Assembly (NCBI GenBank): GCA_964247055.1
Contig: OZ176050.1
Coordinates: 3,472,001-3,536,000, forward strand
From: Paragordius varius
Lineage: Eukaryota; Animalia; Nematomorpha
Direction: 5' to 3'
Length of the DNA: 64,000 bases
Made by a program: the position numbers and the translations under genes. Shown in pieces: positions 51,930 to 64,000 of this stretch (positions are counted from its first letter, which is position 1; every line of letters begins with the position of its first letter). The notes under the pieces are model-generated. The model worked only from the letters and a program-made list of their open reading frames with translations. It made no database searches and was not told the origin of the DNA.

Positions 51930-52399
51930 TAATTAAATTTTTTATAGAAAATAATAAGGATATACGGTTCTTATGAAAGAAATGGTATTTACCTAAAAGT
52001 TTAGGTTAATAAAAAAAATAGGATAAATGATAGGATAGATGAATATTTTATTACTTCATAAATAAAAGTTAGAATCAAAACAAAATGTTGAGGACCAACT
52101 TGAAGTGTTTTAAACCAACTTTAAATTTTCAAGGACAATCATGAAGCGCAAATTGTATATATTGTTTAGGTAAACTGTTAAAAGAAAAAATAATATAAAT
52201 AAATAATACAATTTATGGGCAAATTTAAATGTTTTATACCATTAAATGATGATGAAAGACAATAAAAATCATAATTCTACGCTAAAATTAAATAACATTA
52301 ACTTTATATTTAATATGTCATAAAATAAAAAAATGGTTTTTAATTTTTTAAAAAATTGTTGTTTTTGCTTGAAAAAATGGTGTTTTTGCAAGAAAAATG

Positions 52400-54072
52400 G
52401 TATATCATCGATTCCATATGTTCATATAATTTCTTGAAAATTTGCTTCAAAACTAAATTGTTCTATCGGCGCATATTTCATGGCAAACTTTACTTAGCAA
52501 CCCAATGAATATATGCTAAAACATATTTTTAAGGGGTAATAAATATTTTAGGCCCTTATTGAACTCACATAGTTTCATAGGTTGTTTAAAATTTTGCTCC
52601 AAAGGCATGCTGCATCGATATGGTGATGCAGTTTTATGCGGGTAGCTCCTTAACCAGGGGCGAAACAAAAAAGCGCTCGATTAAAATTTTGGCCTTAATT
52701 CGGGTAATATCTGGAATCATCATTGACTCCATAACTTCGCGGGATTTTTATAAAATTGCCTCAAAACCAAAAGTCATTATATGGTGGCGCATTTTTTGGG
52801 CAAGGGTCTAATTAAGGGGTAATTTGATAAAACCGCACTGCATAAGTTTTGTCTTTTTACGGGTATTTCAAGTACTTATTAAACTCATAACTGATAAGTT
52901 TACTATAATTTGCCTCTAAAGTCACGCTGTATCAATATGGTGGCGCGGTTGTAGGGGGTAGACCAGAAGCCAATATAAAAAAGGCGTTCGATAAAATATA
53001 TTTGCCTTAATAGAGGAATACCTGGAATCATCATTCATTTCATATGTTCTTAATTGTTTTTGGAAAAATGTCAAAACTAAATAATAGTTCAATGATAGCG
53101 CATTTTTTAGGGCGCAAAGTGCCTAAACGGTTAATTTAAAACAACCGCTCGACTTAAATTTTTGCTTTGTTACGGGTAATTTAAGAAATTATTGAACTAA
53201 TATGGCCTGATGAGTTTTATGAAAATTAACTCCTAAAAAACGCAATTTCGATATGGTGGCGCAGTTTTGGGCGGGCAGCTTCTTACCCAAAGGCTGATAC
53301 AAAAAAGCGCTTGATAAAATATTTTGCCATTTTACGGAAAATACCTGGAAATATAATCCATATGCTCTCATTATTTTTGAAAAAATTGCCTAAAAATTAA
53401 AAAATTATTCTATGGTGGCGCATATTTTAGAGCGTGAAGGGCCTAATCAACGGCTAATTTTAAAAAATCGCACGATCTAAATTTTTGTCTTGTTATGAGT
53501 AATATTTTAAGCAGCTATTGTCATATGGCCTGATAGGTTTTCTGAAATTAAGCCCCAAAGGCACGCTATTTCGATATGACGGGGCAGTTTTTAGCTAGAA
53601 TCTTCTTACCCAGCAGCCAATATAAAAAACGCACAACTAAAATTTTTGCCTTTTAACAGGGAATATCTGGAATCCTCATTAGATTTTTACGGTCTCATAC
53701 CATGGGCAAAAAATAGATTCAAAAAATTATTTTTGTTGACTTAATTTTTTTTATATAATGGCATTTTACGGGGGAGCGGGTAAAAAGAGGGCCTAAATTA
53801 AAAAAGCGAGCCGACTATGTTCGGCGCAATCGATAATAATCATATTAATCGAATGGTCCAACACGTTTTCGGGAAAATTGTCTCAAAGACACGATTTTTG
53901 TGGACTTGTGTTTTAAAAAAACCGTTTTTCACACGGGGGAGCCCGAACTGGGGACCTAATTCAAAAAAAGGCGAAGCTATTGTCGAGGCATTTATTAATG
54001 ATTATATTTTTTTGATTATTGGATTTAAATGGGTCTACCGGTTTTCCGGAAACAGTTTTATAAATATATAGA
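52400..54072 (-). mobile_element. Non-autonomous Helitron, copy 3 (3'-truncated)
   Basis: Same A|TCTATATATT 5' end at 54072 and colinear body with extra ~315-bp units; no CTAG end found. Confidence 0.8.
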
Positions 54073-56102
54073 TAAGGATTGTTGAAATATCATGCATAAA
54101 AAACATTTTAGATATTAGTGTGTCCAATTTTAGTCTGTTCCCAACGCCTTAAAAGTTTTTTTTACTTAAAAAAATATTTAAAATAAAATCTTAAAATTTT
54201 TGATAAAATTTAATTTATTATAATTGAATTACAAATAAATCATCTCAATTTAACAGAGGTATCTACCAGGACTAATGTGGTCCGCTAACCCAGATGACCT
54301 CTGGTGAGACATATGCCCAAAAGAATTTCTCGAGTAGGTTAAGATTTAAAAGATGACAAAGAAGAAACTAAAATCAGCCATGATTCCGAAAATTCAATAA
54401 GTATAATTGTAAACAAGGAACAAATCAAAATGTCGCTTATAAAAAATAAATCATCCTATTCAGTCTCTGGAAACCCAAAGCCAGAATACTTATTATCAAT
54501 CTAAAAACCTGAATAGTTTAATCTCAAAAGTTACCGAGCTTAAAGTATTAAATAATCTACATATTTGAAAACTTGATTAAAATTTAATAATCAAACTGGT
54601 CCTGTATTAGATAAAAATAGCTTAAAATTTTATAAATGCATAATTCCAATGTGAGAAAACCACAAAATACTATTGAAACGAACTGCCGTTATTAAAAATA
54701 GATATCAAAAATTTTCTTATAAATTGCTTGAAAGTTTTCCAAAGTTAATTATTTATATTTTTCACCCATAATATACAGTTATTTGCGTATTTTCACGATT
54801 CAAAAAGATTAAAAAAATGGCGGCGAAAAAGTTTGATACAATTTTAAATAATTTTACATTTAAATTTTTTAAAAATGTTAAAAGAAAGCATGTCCTATGC
54901 TAAAAATGAAAAGCATGAAAAGTTAAACCTTGAAATACCACAGAATAAATATAAAAACCCTTTATTCAATGAAAATATCGATTATAAAATAACAATTAAT
55001 TTGCGCTTTCTTAAACGGTATAGCAAACGAAAATCATAAATTATTTTATTAGTTTTATTCTTATGCTTCTAAAAAATTAAATTCAATATAAATTTTAAAT
55101 TTTTTATTTTTATCCAATTAATATGAGGACTTTTATATAGCTAGTCCTAGTCAAATGTTGAATTTCTTGGTTTGTCATTAATATTTATATAAAAATTTAT
55201 AATAAACTTTAAATCCATGCCAAAATTTCAATAATACAAAGGGCTATATATAATATTATCGATTGAGAGACGTTGGAAGAAAAATTTTGAAAACTGTTTC
55301 AGATTTTTATTTTAAGTTATATGTTATTCTAGATTTCGCTAATCATCTCCTGCCCTCATGACATAACTGCTATGAGACGAGGAGAGTTATATCCAACTAT
55401 TTTTGAGTTAAAATTTTTTTAAAAACATAAAATTTTTATATTAGTATTTCAAATATACAGCATTTTGCCGCTAAATTTCCGAAAACTACCATTTTTGAAT
55501 GATTGAATAACCAATTAAATATAAACGATTTATTCGATTCAGATCTCGCAATTATTTCTTCTTCATCAGTTCTAGGGCGAAGTTTTTAGAGGTCCTGATA
55601 CAATTTAATTAAGTTCTTACCCTTTGATAATATAAGAGAAAATATAAACTGTATATTTTTTTATTAATTATAATTCAACCTACACCCTTAATATCTGAAT
55701 CGGTACTTTCAAAAACCAAAACCGTTTTCATAGCCCCCAAGGTAACAACTAAGCCATTAATCCCAATATCAATGTGGCCCTAGTATGAATTAACTCTCAT
55801 AAACAAGATTAAACCTTTCAAAAATTGTATTTGACGAGTACAAGGTTGTACTTCGATGGAAATCTTTTAGCTTAAAATGGAAATAAATAATTTTTATACA
55901 TCTACATTTTTTAGAAAATGTGGCAACTGGTTGTCAAGTTATTTTGAGGGCCCCAACAATGGTAGTTTCTCAACCAGGTATCCCTTAATATTAATTAATG
56001 ATCGGGTTGCAAAAGTTAATACCAAATCAACCAATACACCAACCGTTTGCTGGTAGTCTTCCTCTTATATCTGATAAATATTGCCATTTAATATCCATAA
56101 TA

Positions 56103-56366
56103 TACCATTTTCAATTCAAATTCACCCTTGAACAATTTGATAATACCATAAAAATAAATTATGTGTTTTCGTGATAACTCATCATTAATATGAAAAATAT
56201 TTTTTACATAGTTTACTATTTTTTCAGCATTATATTAATTTTAAACAGAATTTCATATTTTAAAAATATTATGTAATAAAGGTAAGATTTAATCTTAAAA
56301 AACAAATAATTTATTTTAGAGTGAACTTCAGTTCGAGGGTGATTTGAATATGAACTGTAAATGGTA
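56103..56366 (+). mobile_element. ~265-bp MITE copy
   Basis: TA|TACCATTT..AAATGGTA|TA. Confidence 0.8.
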
Positions 56367-57118
56367 TATGTTAATGAAGGTAAATAAGTACATTTTCAAT
56401 TTTTAATATATGAGTTATATAATCAAATATTTAGATGGCCCTATACAGTATGAAAATTTTATGCTGGCCTATTTACATTGTTGGCCACAATCGGCATCAC
56501 CGTAGTAAGGGTAAAAACAGCTAAATTTTAAAATAAATCAATTTTCCCTTTTTTCTATTTAATTATGGATTTATAACACATTAATATATTACCAAGGACA
56601 AACAATAATGTCATAGCTCAGCATAAATAAACATACTGTAAAGGCAAAATTCAAGGATATTTTTTTAACGTATACATCTTTAATTCGATTATTATTGATT
56701 GCTAATCTATATTAAAAGATTTGAGGGAAAAAAATTGAATATTCCTCAAGTTGATATTTATTTAATACTATTATTATTAATTAGGTGTATTATCACATCT
56801 GTTTCGCCCGTATATGGTCTATTTTTACTAAAATTGCCATCTATTTCTGATAAAAATATTATATTTATGACTTATCTGCACCCTGTTTTGTAACATGTAA
56901 ATCATAAAAAATGTATATTAAACCTTTTTAATTGCTATTGGCTCAATTATGCATTTGAATCGATCTTGCAAAATGTTGTTCAAATAAATAAATTATGAAT
57001 CAAGAGGAGTATAGATAGTTAGTCTACCGAGTTGCATGTTGGATATATTAGTGTATCCTAATTAGCAGCAGAGACTAAGAGAAACCAAATTTTGTGACAG
57101 TGTTTACCACGTGTCATA

Positions 57119-57162
57119 GTGTGAGACGCGTTTCGTCCTTTTTGTGGACTCATCAGTCACAC
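57119..57162 (-). ncRNA. Minimal type I hammerhead ribozyme, intact core
   Basis: Minus strand: GUGUGA-CUGAUGA-GUCC-ACAAAAA-GGAC-GAAA-CGCG-UC-UCACAC. Helix I 6 bp (extendable to ~30 bp over 57095-57188), helix II 4 bp, palindromic ACGCGU helix III, GUC cleavage triplet. Confidence 0.88.
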
Positions 57163-57423
57163 ATAATGAACACGGGTAAACACTGTCAGTTCAGGAATTG
57201 TATATATATTGAGTTTTAGAGAATTTGAAACAAAAAGCTTAATCCTGGCTTAAGGATTATAAAGAGTCATAATATTTGGTTGAATTTTGGTATAATCGGT
57301 TGTCCAATATGGGCTCTAAGCTCTATAATATTCATTTGCCCGACCCTATTCGGTTTCAAATTTTCTAAAACTCAATATATATATACAATTCCTGAACTGA
57401 CACTGTTTACCCGTGTTAATTAT

Positions 57424-57467
57424 GTGTGGCTGATGAGTCCACAAAAAGGACAAAACGCGTCTCACAC
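57424..57467 (+). ncRNA. Minimal type I hammerhead ribozyme, predicted inactive (GAAA changed to AAAA)
   Basis: GUGUGG-CUGAUGA-GUCC-ACAAAAA-GGAC-AAAA-CGCG-UC-UCACAC; catalytic G12 is A at 57452. Confidence 0.8.
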
Positions 57468-57840
57468 TATGACACATGGTAAACACTGTCAACAAAATTT
57501 GGTTTCTTTTAGTCTCTGTTGCTAATTAGGATATACTAATATATCCAACCTGCAACTCGGTAGACCAACTATCTATACTCCTCTTGATTTATAAATTATA
57601 AGGAGATGGCACCTTCGGCCATAAATTTTTTTGATTTTCTAAATAAATTATGTTTGCACAAATTTATACTATGGCTGATATTGTTAGAGCTCTCTCACTC
57701 AAAGCTTAAGGGGCTAAACCAATTTTGGTTTTATATTACAAGTCATTTCCAAGTCTCTTGGGTATTTCGAAAATCGCTTCAAATTTAGGTTATTTCCATA
57801 TGGTGGCGCCTTTCACTGTAAGTGGAACACATGTGTCTAA

Positions 57841-58413
57841 CACTTCGATTCAAATTGGGGTATCTAAATATCCCAGACTGAATTTGAATTGGGATTTTAA
57901 AAAAACTACTGTAGGAAACGGTCCTAATTTAAATTTATGCTTCTATCCTAATAAAAATTATATAAATATACCAAAATATCTCAATAAAATTTTGTTTTGC
58001 AAAAAAAGTTTCATGTACTACTTCGACGCCATTTTGATTTTATAAAATTTATGCAAAATATCGTCTTCATTTAATTTTAAGGGTAATAAAACTTATTTTT
58101 TATTTAAATTACATCTAACATTGATAGAAATGGAAAAATGTGTTTATTTGGTGTTATTTTTCAATTTTACCATTGTAAGCATGTCACGTTGACTAAATTT
58201 TTACCTTTCGGTTTTAGCTTAAAATAAGTAATATCAAGTATTTTTGAATAAATTTTATATATTTTGTGCTTATTAATGTTATATAAATGAAAGATTTGCC
58301 ATGGTTTCGATTCCTTCCATATTTTTTCAAGAATTTAATTTTAAACAGGCCTGGGGTATTTAACTACCCCAATTTGAATCGAAGGACTAAAATGAACGTG
58401 TTGTATCCAAGTG
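57841..58413 (-). mobile_element. piggyBac-like MITE, copy 2
   Basis: CTAA|CACTTCGATTCAAATTGGGG ... GTATCCAAGTG|TTAA; reverse-complement homolog of 2021-2540. Confidence 0.75.
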
Positions 58414-58769
58414 TTAAATGAATAATGTGCTGTAAAACTTTTGGATCCATACTAGTAATAACTAAAACCACTATTAGTCTCAATGGATGAATGGCTTTTA
58501 TAATATTTTTGGGTAGTTTTTCAAAAAATATCTTAATACCGGGAGACGTTAGAATCTGATTAAAAAGCGGCAGACTGTGCTCGGGCAGCTTAACTCAATC
58601 GTAAAAATGACTAGACTAAGGGCTGATTCAAGTTTTTATAAATAATTTTATATTTTTTGCATTAAATATTTTTATTTAATGTACATGATTGGGTTTAAGT
58701 TTGACCTAATAATGTAACATTGATTGTCAAAGCGTTATTTTATTTGAGGTCTCATTATAACAATCATTT

Positions 58770-59402
58770 AATTTTTACAAAATCATTAATTTAATAAAAC
58801 ACTCAAAAAATATTTACATAATATCCTTAATGTTTTATATTTGCTCTAATTGAGCATCATATACCTAACTTTATATATCCTACAAAAAATCTTATATATT
58901 GGTCTCGACCGGAATCCCAATTTGATATTCAAAACACATTTATTACAAATAATCTTCAGTTACTATGTTTAAGTGTCACAAAGTTATAAAAAACACCTTG
59001 TTATCATCTAATCCCATTAGCGATTGCAATGCACAGGCTAACACTTTAGGTTGATTATTTAATTTACTTTTACTTTTAATACTCTTAAACCATGGATGAC
59101 AAATCATACAATACAATTATTTGATTGATAAAATTATATAATAGAAAAATTTATTTGATAAAAATTATTAGATTCTAAAGTTTTTAAGAAAACACAGATC
59201 TAGTCAAAAATTGTAATTCTAAGTGATTTATAAAAAATATTTATTCAATGAAGAAGGCCCTCTTGATATGGATATCCCAGAATTAAAAAATACATTATTT
59301 TGTGGGAAATTCAATATATATATATTTGATATAAAATGTTATACGATTTATTATGGAAAAAATCTACTTAGAAAAACTATAAAACTCCGAAAGAATTAGG
59401 TA
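58770..59402 (+). repeat. Unclassified dispersed repeat, copy B
   Basis: Colinear with 50780-51336; lacks the 593-bp MITE after AGGTA. Confidence 0.75.
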
Positions 59403-59529
59403 TTATGCTAAATTATTTCATAATCCTATTTTTATAAAATTTAATTTATCATAATCATAAAAATACAGTGCACGAATAAGATATTATGGTGCTTTTAGTT
59501 TTGGGTCTCACGAGTCATCTAATTTAATA

Positions 59530-60805
59530 TTTGTGGATTATCTCGATATATTATTTAATAGCTATGATCTCATAGGAATTTCTAAATGTTGCATTCATAC
59601 TAAAATATTGTTTACTGGTGTAAAGGCCCCAAATTGACGGCTAACAGAAAAACCGCTATTCTATAATTTTTACCTTTTTTAATATTTAAATATTGAACTC
59701 CTATGGCTTAAGTTTTTTGAAATTATCTCCAAAGCCTCGCCATTTTTGGACTCCTACCCATGGGCTTATATGGAAAAAGCGCTGAAACCATCGTCTCATG
59801 GGTTATTCGAAAAAATACCTCAACACTAAATAGTATGGCGTATTTTTAGGGCATAAAGGCCTCCAATTAACGTCTAATATAAAAAGGCCTAACCTTAATT
59901 TTTACCTAGTTACGGGTATTTGAACTTTAAATGAGCTCATATGGCATAAGTTTTCTTTAAAATAGTTCCAAAACAACGTAATTTATATATAGTGGCGCCT
60001 TCCAACCCAGAGGCTGATACCAAGAAATCGCCTGATAAAAATTTTTTCCTTTATACGGAGAATACCTGGAATCATGATTGATTCCATATGCTCTTATTAT
60101 TTTTTGGGAAGATTGCCTCAAAATTAATAAATCATTCTATGGTGGCGCATTTTTCAAGGCGTGAAGGGCCTAATTAACGGCTAATTTTAAAAAACCGTAC
60201 GATCTAAATTTTGGACTTTTGATAAAACTTTAAGCAGCTATTTAACCTCATATAGGTTTCCTGAAATTTAGCCCCAAAAGCACGCTATTTCGATATGACG
60301 GGTCACTTTTTCGCGGGTAGCTCCTTACGCAGCAGCTCATCAAAGAAACGCTTGACTAAATTTTTTGCCTGTTAACAGGGAATACGTGGAATCCTTATTG
60401 AATTTTTACGGTCTCATACCTTGGGCGAAAAATAAAATCAAAAAAAATTATTTTTGTGGACTTTGTTTTTTAAAAAAATGGCATTTTACGGGGGAGAGCG
60501 GGTAAAAAGAGGGCCTAAATTAAAAAAGCGAGCCGACTATGTTGGGCGCAATCGAAAATAAGTAAACAAAAGTCATGTTTGAAATTGAATGGTCCCACGC
60601 GTTCTCTGGAAAATTGTATCAAAGACACGATTTTAAAACCCGTTTTTTACACAGGATGGGACCGAACTGGAGGCCTGATTCAAAAAAGGCGAAATTGTGG
60701 GGGCATTCATTAATGATTATATATTTTCGATATTTGGATTTGAATGGGTCTACCGGTTTTCATGAAACAGATCACAAACCACTTTCTATTTTTATAAATA
60801 TATAG
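59530..60805 (-). mobile_element. Non-autonomous Helitron, copy 4 (ends decayed, internal deletion)
   Basis: Colinear with copies 1-3; 5' end reads CTATATATTTATAAAAAT at ~60805; 3' hairpin and CTAG not found. Confidence 0.78.
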
Positions 60806-62747
60806 TAATTTATAAAATCTGTCGATCCTTTTAAAATAAGCAAGTTTTCCCAAAAATGAACGCAAAAAAGGCGAGATTGCTACTGTGACAGTCTCATTAA
60901 CAATATATTTTGATTTCATAAATATTTTATTGAAAAAATTTGGGCGAATTTTACAAGTTATAGATAAGTAACTAAAGAATATATTTTCCTAATTAAAACT
61001 CAAAATCAAAGGCACTTTAAAATCCTTATAGATTTTTTTATCAAAATATATTTTTTTACAACATTTTTTTGTGTGTGCACTGTGTATTTATTTAAGTTTT
61101 ATAATTATTTTGAATCAAAGAAAGAGATGAAAGATATTTAAAATCCATACCTCTTAAATTAATGTGACCAGATATTTTGAACCCTGGCGCAGTACAAAAT
61201 TAAATACTTTGCCTATTTTTTACACCAGATTTTCGGTGCGTTATATTAAATGATATTGTTTGTTACTATTTATAAGCTTATTAATAGAAACAATTAAAAT
61301 CCAACAATAAATTTATTAAAAATTTCATATATATGTATGTGCATATAATTATATCATTTGTCAAATATATGGATATATAAATAATATTATAATGGTATGT
61401 TTTAAAAAATGCTAATTGTCAAAAACAATATTACCAAATTTATGATAACAAAAATAGAGGGAAACAATATATCTGGTTTTTATATTAGGTTGCTGTGCAG
61501 ATAAAATCATTCACACACGATCTTATGAAAGTTCTGTTCCATAGCTTTTTGAAAAAAATGACTATTTAACAGCAGAGAAAACTATGCGTTGAGGAAATAA
61601 ATAGGTGAATGGATAGAAATTTAAATGCCGACTTTGCTACAGTGTAAAATTCAAAAATAATATAAATAGTTCTGAGTCCACCCAGTCAATAGTATATGAC
61701 GTGACATATAATAATAATTATTTTTTTAAGATTTATGTATTTGTGCCAATAATTTATGGTTTTGCGAAATTTTATTTAAAAAAGCTTCACAATTTTTTTC
61801 TGTTTTAGGTTTGACTATTACAATTACTTACAAGGTATCTATTATGAGTTGTGTTTTTTCCGTAGCCATATTATGTTTGTAAGAGAAAAATGAATATGGT
61901 AAAAAACATGTTACCTGTGTTTAAGAATCGTTGGGTTTTATTTTATGGTTTTGTTGATGGTCGCTATTGATTTTGTAACGCCTCATTAAACACAAAGTCA
62001 CGGAAAAAAAAATTAAAATGAAAAGAATTGATAAAAAAATTATGTGTGTGCCAAAATTAAAATAGGTCTATAAATTTGTTCATGCAAAGAATGAAAGGAA
62101 AACTGGCTACAAATTAAAGTTTAGGGGAGCAAAAAATTTAGGAACATACCTCCTACCTAAAACATAAAAAAATATTTTTATCCTACAAGGTTATATAGAA
62201 AAAACAAATTATATGTTACGGAAATAATTTTAAAAATTTTCTGTTTGATATTTATAATTATTAAATTCAAACAAAACTTAATTTAGCTGAAACTTATATG
62301 AAACAAAAATGAATTTTCAAAAGATTAAATTAGTAAAATATTAATTTATTTTGTGTTTATTTTTGAAGTCGCTTTTGCGGAAGCCGTAATTGAAAGGTTG
62401 GCCTAAATCTGGAGTCTGATATTTATAGTTCGGCCACTGCGCGAATGGCTGCACTCATAAGCGATTTGTTCAAAACCCAACTCCATGTATAATTAGAGCA
62501 GAAAATAAAATATTAAAATTAAAAAAGGCCATAGTTTTTTACCGCTAAAGGAATCATTTATTTTTTATTTTAACAAAGGGTACTCTATCAAATTATACAA
62601 AAAAATTGTATAAATAAAAGGTAACATATTTATAAAAAAAATTATTCCAAAGCAGTGCAAAAGTCAGCGCAGTACAGGCGCGGTTTTTTTTCGAAAACCC
62701 AGTACTGTACTGCGAAAAACAGCCTATCTGGTCACTTTATCTTAAAT

Positions 62748-63130
62748 AGATATTCATTATGTTCAGTATATTTCCCAACAAAGCTGTGAGTCATATATTC
62801 CATTTTTCAATCAATAGCAGCATTTTTCAAAATGCGACACTTTTGAAGCAAAAACAACTAAAAAAATGCATCTGCTTAAAAAATTGCTGCGTTGTTTGAA
62901 AAATTGAATATGATCTTTGAATAAATATGTAAACAATTGAATTCATTGACAAGAAAGAGTAACCAAAATTTAATTAAATTAAATAATCTATGATTAGGAA
63001 TTGAAATATAAAATAATTTAAAAAAAAATTTTCATCACAAATGTTTCAAATCGCCAAAAGTATCTTCCTAATAAAATTTTAAACTCTGACTCACAGCTTT
63101 GTTGGGAAATATACTGAATAATGAATATCT
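62748..63130. repeat. Inverted repeat with ~45-bp arms (possible MITE)
   Basis: AGATATTCATTATGTTCAGTATATTTCCCAACAAAGCTGTGAGTCA at 62748-62793 and its reverse complement at 63087-63130. Confidence 0.7.
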
Positions 63131-63473
63131 AACTAAAAGGTATGGATTAATATATTACATCTTCTTAATTCTAATTAATTCTAAACTTAAATAAATACAC
63201 AGGACACAAAAAAAGTATCGTAAAAATATATGCTTTGGTATGAAAATCTATCAAGATTTATATAGTGCTTTTGGTTTTGGGTTTGAATAAGGAATATATT
63301 CCTTTTTGCTGAAAATTTTCTATTAGTCGTAAAATTCGCTCATAAATTTTTAAAGAAAATTACCGGATTATTAGAGATTAATAAAAAACATCCTAAGCAA
63401 TGAATTAAAAGGTTAATTAAGTAAATTATTCGACCTGTTTTGGTACAATTTTATCACAAATTTATAAATTTTT

Positions 63474-64000
63474 AGATAAGAATTTTTCACGGTTAAGACA
63501 AAGAATAGCTTTTAATTATAAATTATCAATATAAAAAATCTAAAGTCTGAAATTTATTTTTTTTTAAATAAATTACATCCAGACTGCGAAATTGAAAGTC
63601 TAGATATATCTTCTCACACGTCTTCCAAAGACAATGGGGGCCGCCAACCCCATATGGCTTCTGGCGAGACAAACAAATTAAGGAATTGTTTCAAGGTTAA
63701 GAAAAACGTAAACCGCGATAACTCGGATTCAACACATGCAACGACGTCAGCGATCACAGGTTTATATTTTTATTTTTTGTTACTGTAGAATGTGTTCCAT
63801 TTATATTTTAATAAATTTTTGGTATTGGATAAGAAATTTCCACGGTTAAGACAAAGAATAGCTTTAAATTTCTAAATTATCAATATAAAAAAATAATGTT
63901 TGCTAATTTTTTATATAAATTACATCCAGACTGCGAAATTGAAAGTCTAGATATACCTTCTCACACGTCCTCCAGATGCAATGGGGGCCGCCAACCCCAT
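63474..64000 (+). repeat. Direct tandem repeat, 353-bp period, running off the window end
   Basis: CACGGTTAAGACAAAGAATAGC at 63488 and 63841; both units contain CATCCAGACTGCGAAATTGAAAGTCTAG and ATGGGGGCCGCCAACCCCAT. Confidence 0.85.

Larger units (their letters stand above)
56998..57589. mobile_element. Inverted repeat (~235-bp arms, ~120-bp spacer), probably inverted pseudo-LTRs of a Penelope-like element
   Basis: 56998-57232 is the reverse complement of 57353-57589 with few mismatches; each arm holds a minimal type I hammerhead. No PLE RT or GIY-YIG ORF recognised nearby, so the class assignment is inference. Confidence 0.65.

Noticed and set aside
53210-53240. CTGATGAG as another hammerhead
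   Set aside because: No helix II followed by GAAA and no helix I; part of a Helitron repeat unit.
63635-63705. HDV/CPEB3-like ribozyme (GGGGGCC pairing with GGCUUCU, followed by GG)
   Set aside because: Only 13 nt lie between the P1 strands, too few for P2, P3 and L3, and the pairing is not kept in the related 54274 sequence.
46400-64000. Additional host genes in the distal 17 kb
   Set aside because: No spliceable exon chain or recognisable motif found; ORFs are short and compositionally biased. Weak diverged repeats at 48650-49500 and 49930-50480 could not be classified.

Overview
Very AT-rich eukaryotic (animal) genomic DNA with GT-AG introns; the organism cannot be fixed from sequence alone. 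All gene models were built by hand from splice sites, reading phase and motifs, not from expression data. Three protein genes are supported: (1) the 3' part of a DDX54/DBP10 DEAD-box RNA helicase (+, 1750-13731); (2) an Elk/TCF-subfamily ETS transcription factor (+, about 20284-24047, 964 aa); (3) a convergent 18-exon gene (-, 46313-26084, about 1080 aa) encoding a probably secreted protein of six tandem ZP-N domains with no recognisable ZP-C domain or membrane anchor. The rest is non-autonomous or decayed mobile DNA: a 4.5-kb near-perfect palindromic foldback element with TA duplication (plus half of a second copy at the window start), four copies of a ~1.8-kb non-autonomous Helitron, decayed RTE-like LINEs with a PHD finger, hAT-, piggyBac- and TA-type MITEs, a probable SINE, and a 590-bp inverted repeat carrying two minimal type I hammerhead ribozymes (one intact, one with a catalytic G-to-A change) typical of Penelope-like element ends. 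Most interesting: the hammerhead palindrome, the ZP-N-only protein, and two inverted Helitrons that tightly bracket ZP exons 4-12 so that exon skipping or back-splicing would both be in frame and would rebuild intact chimeric ZP-N domains.
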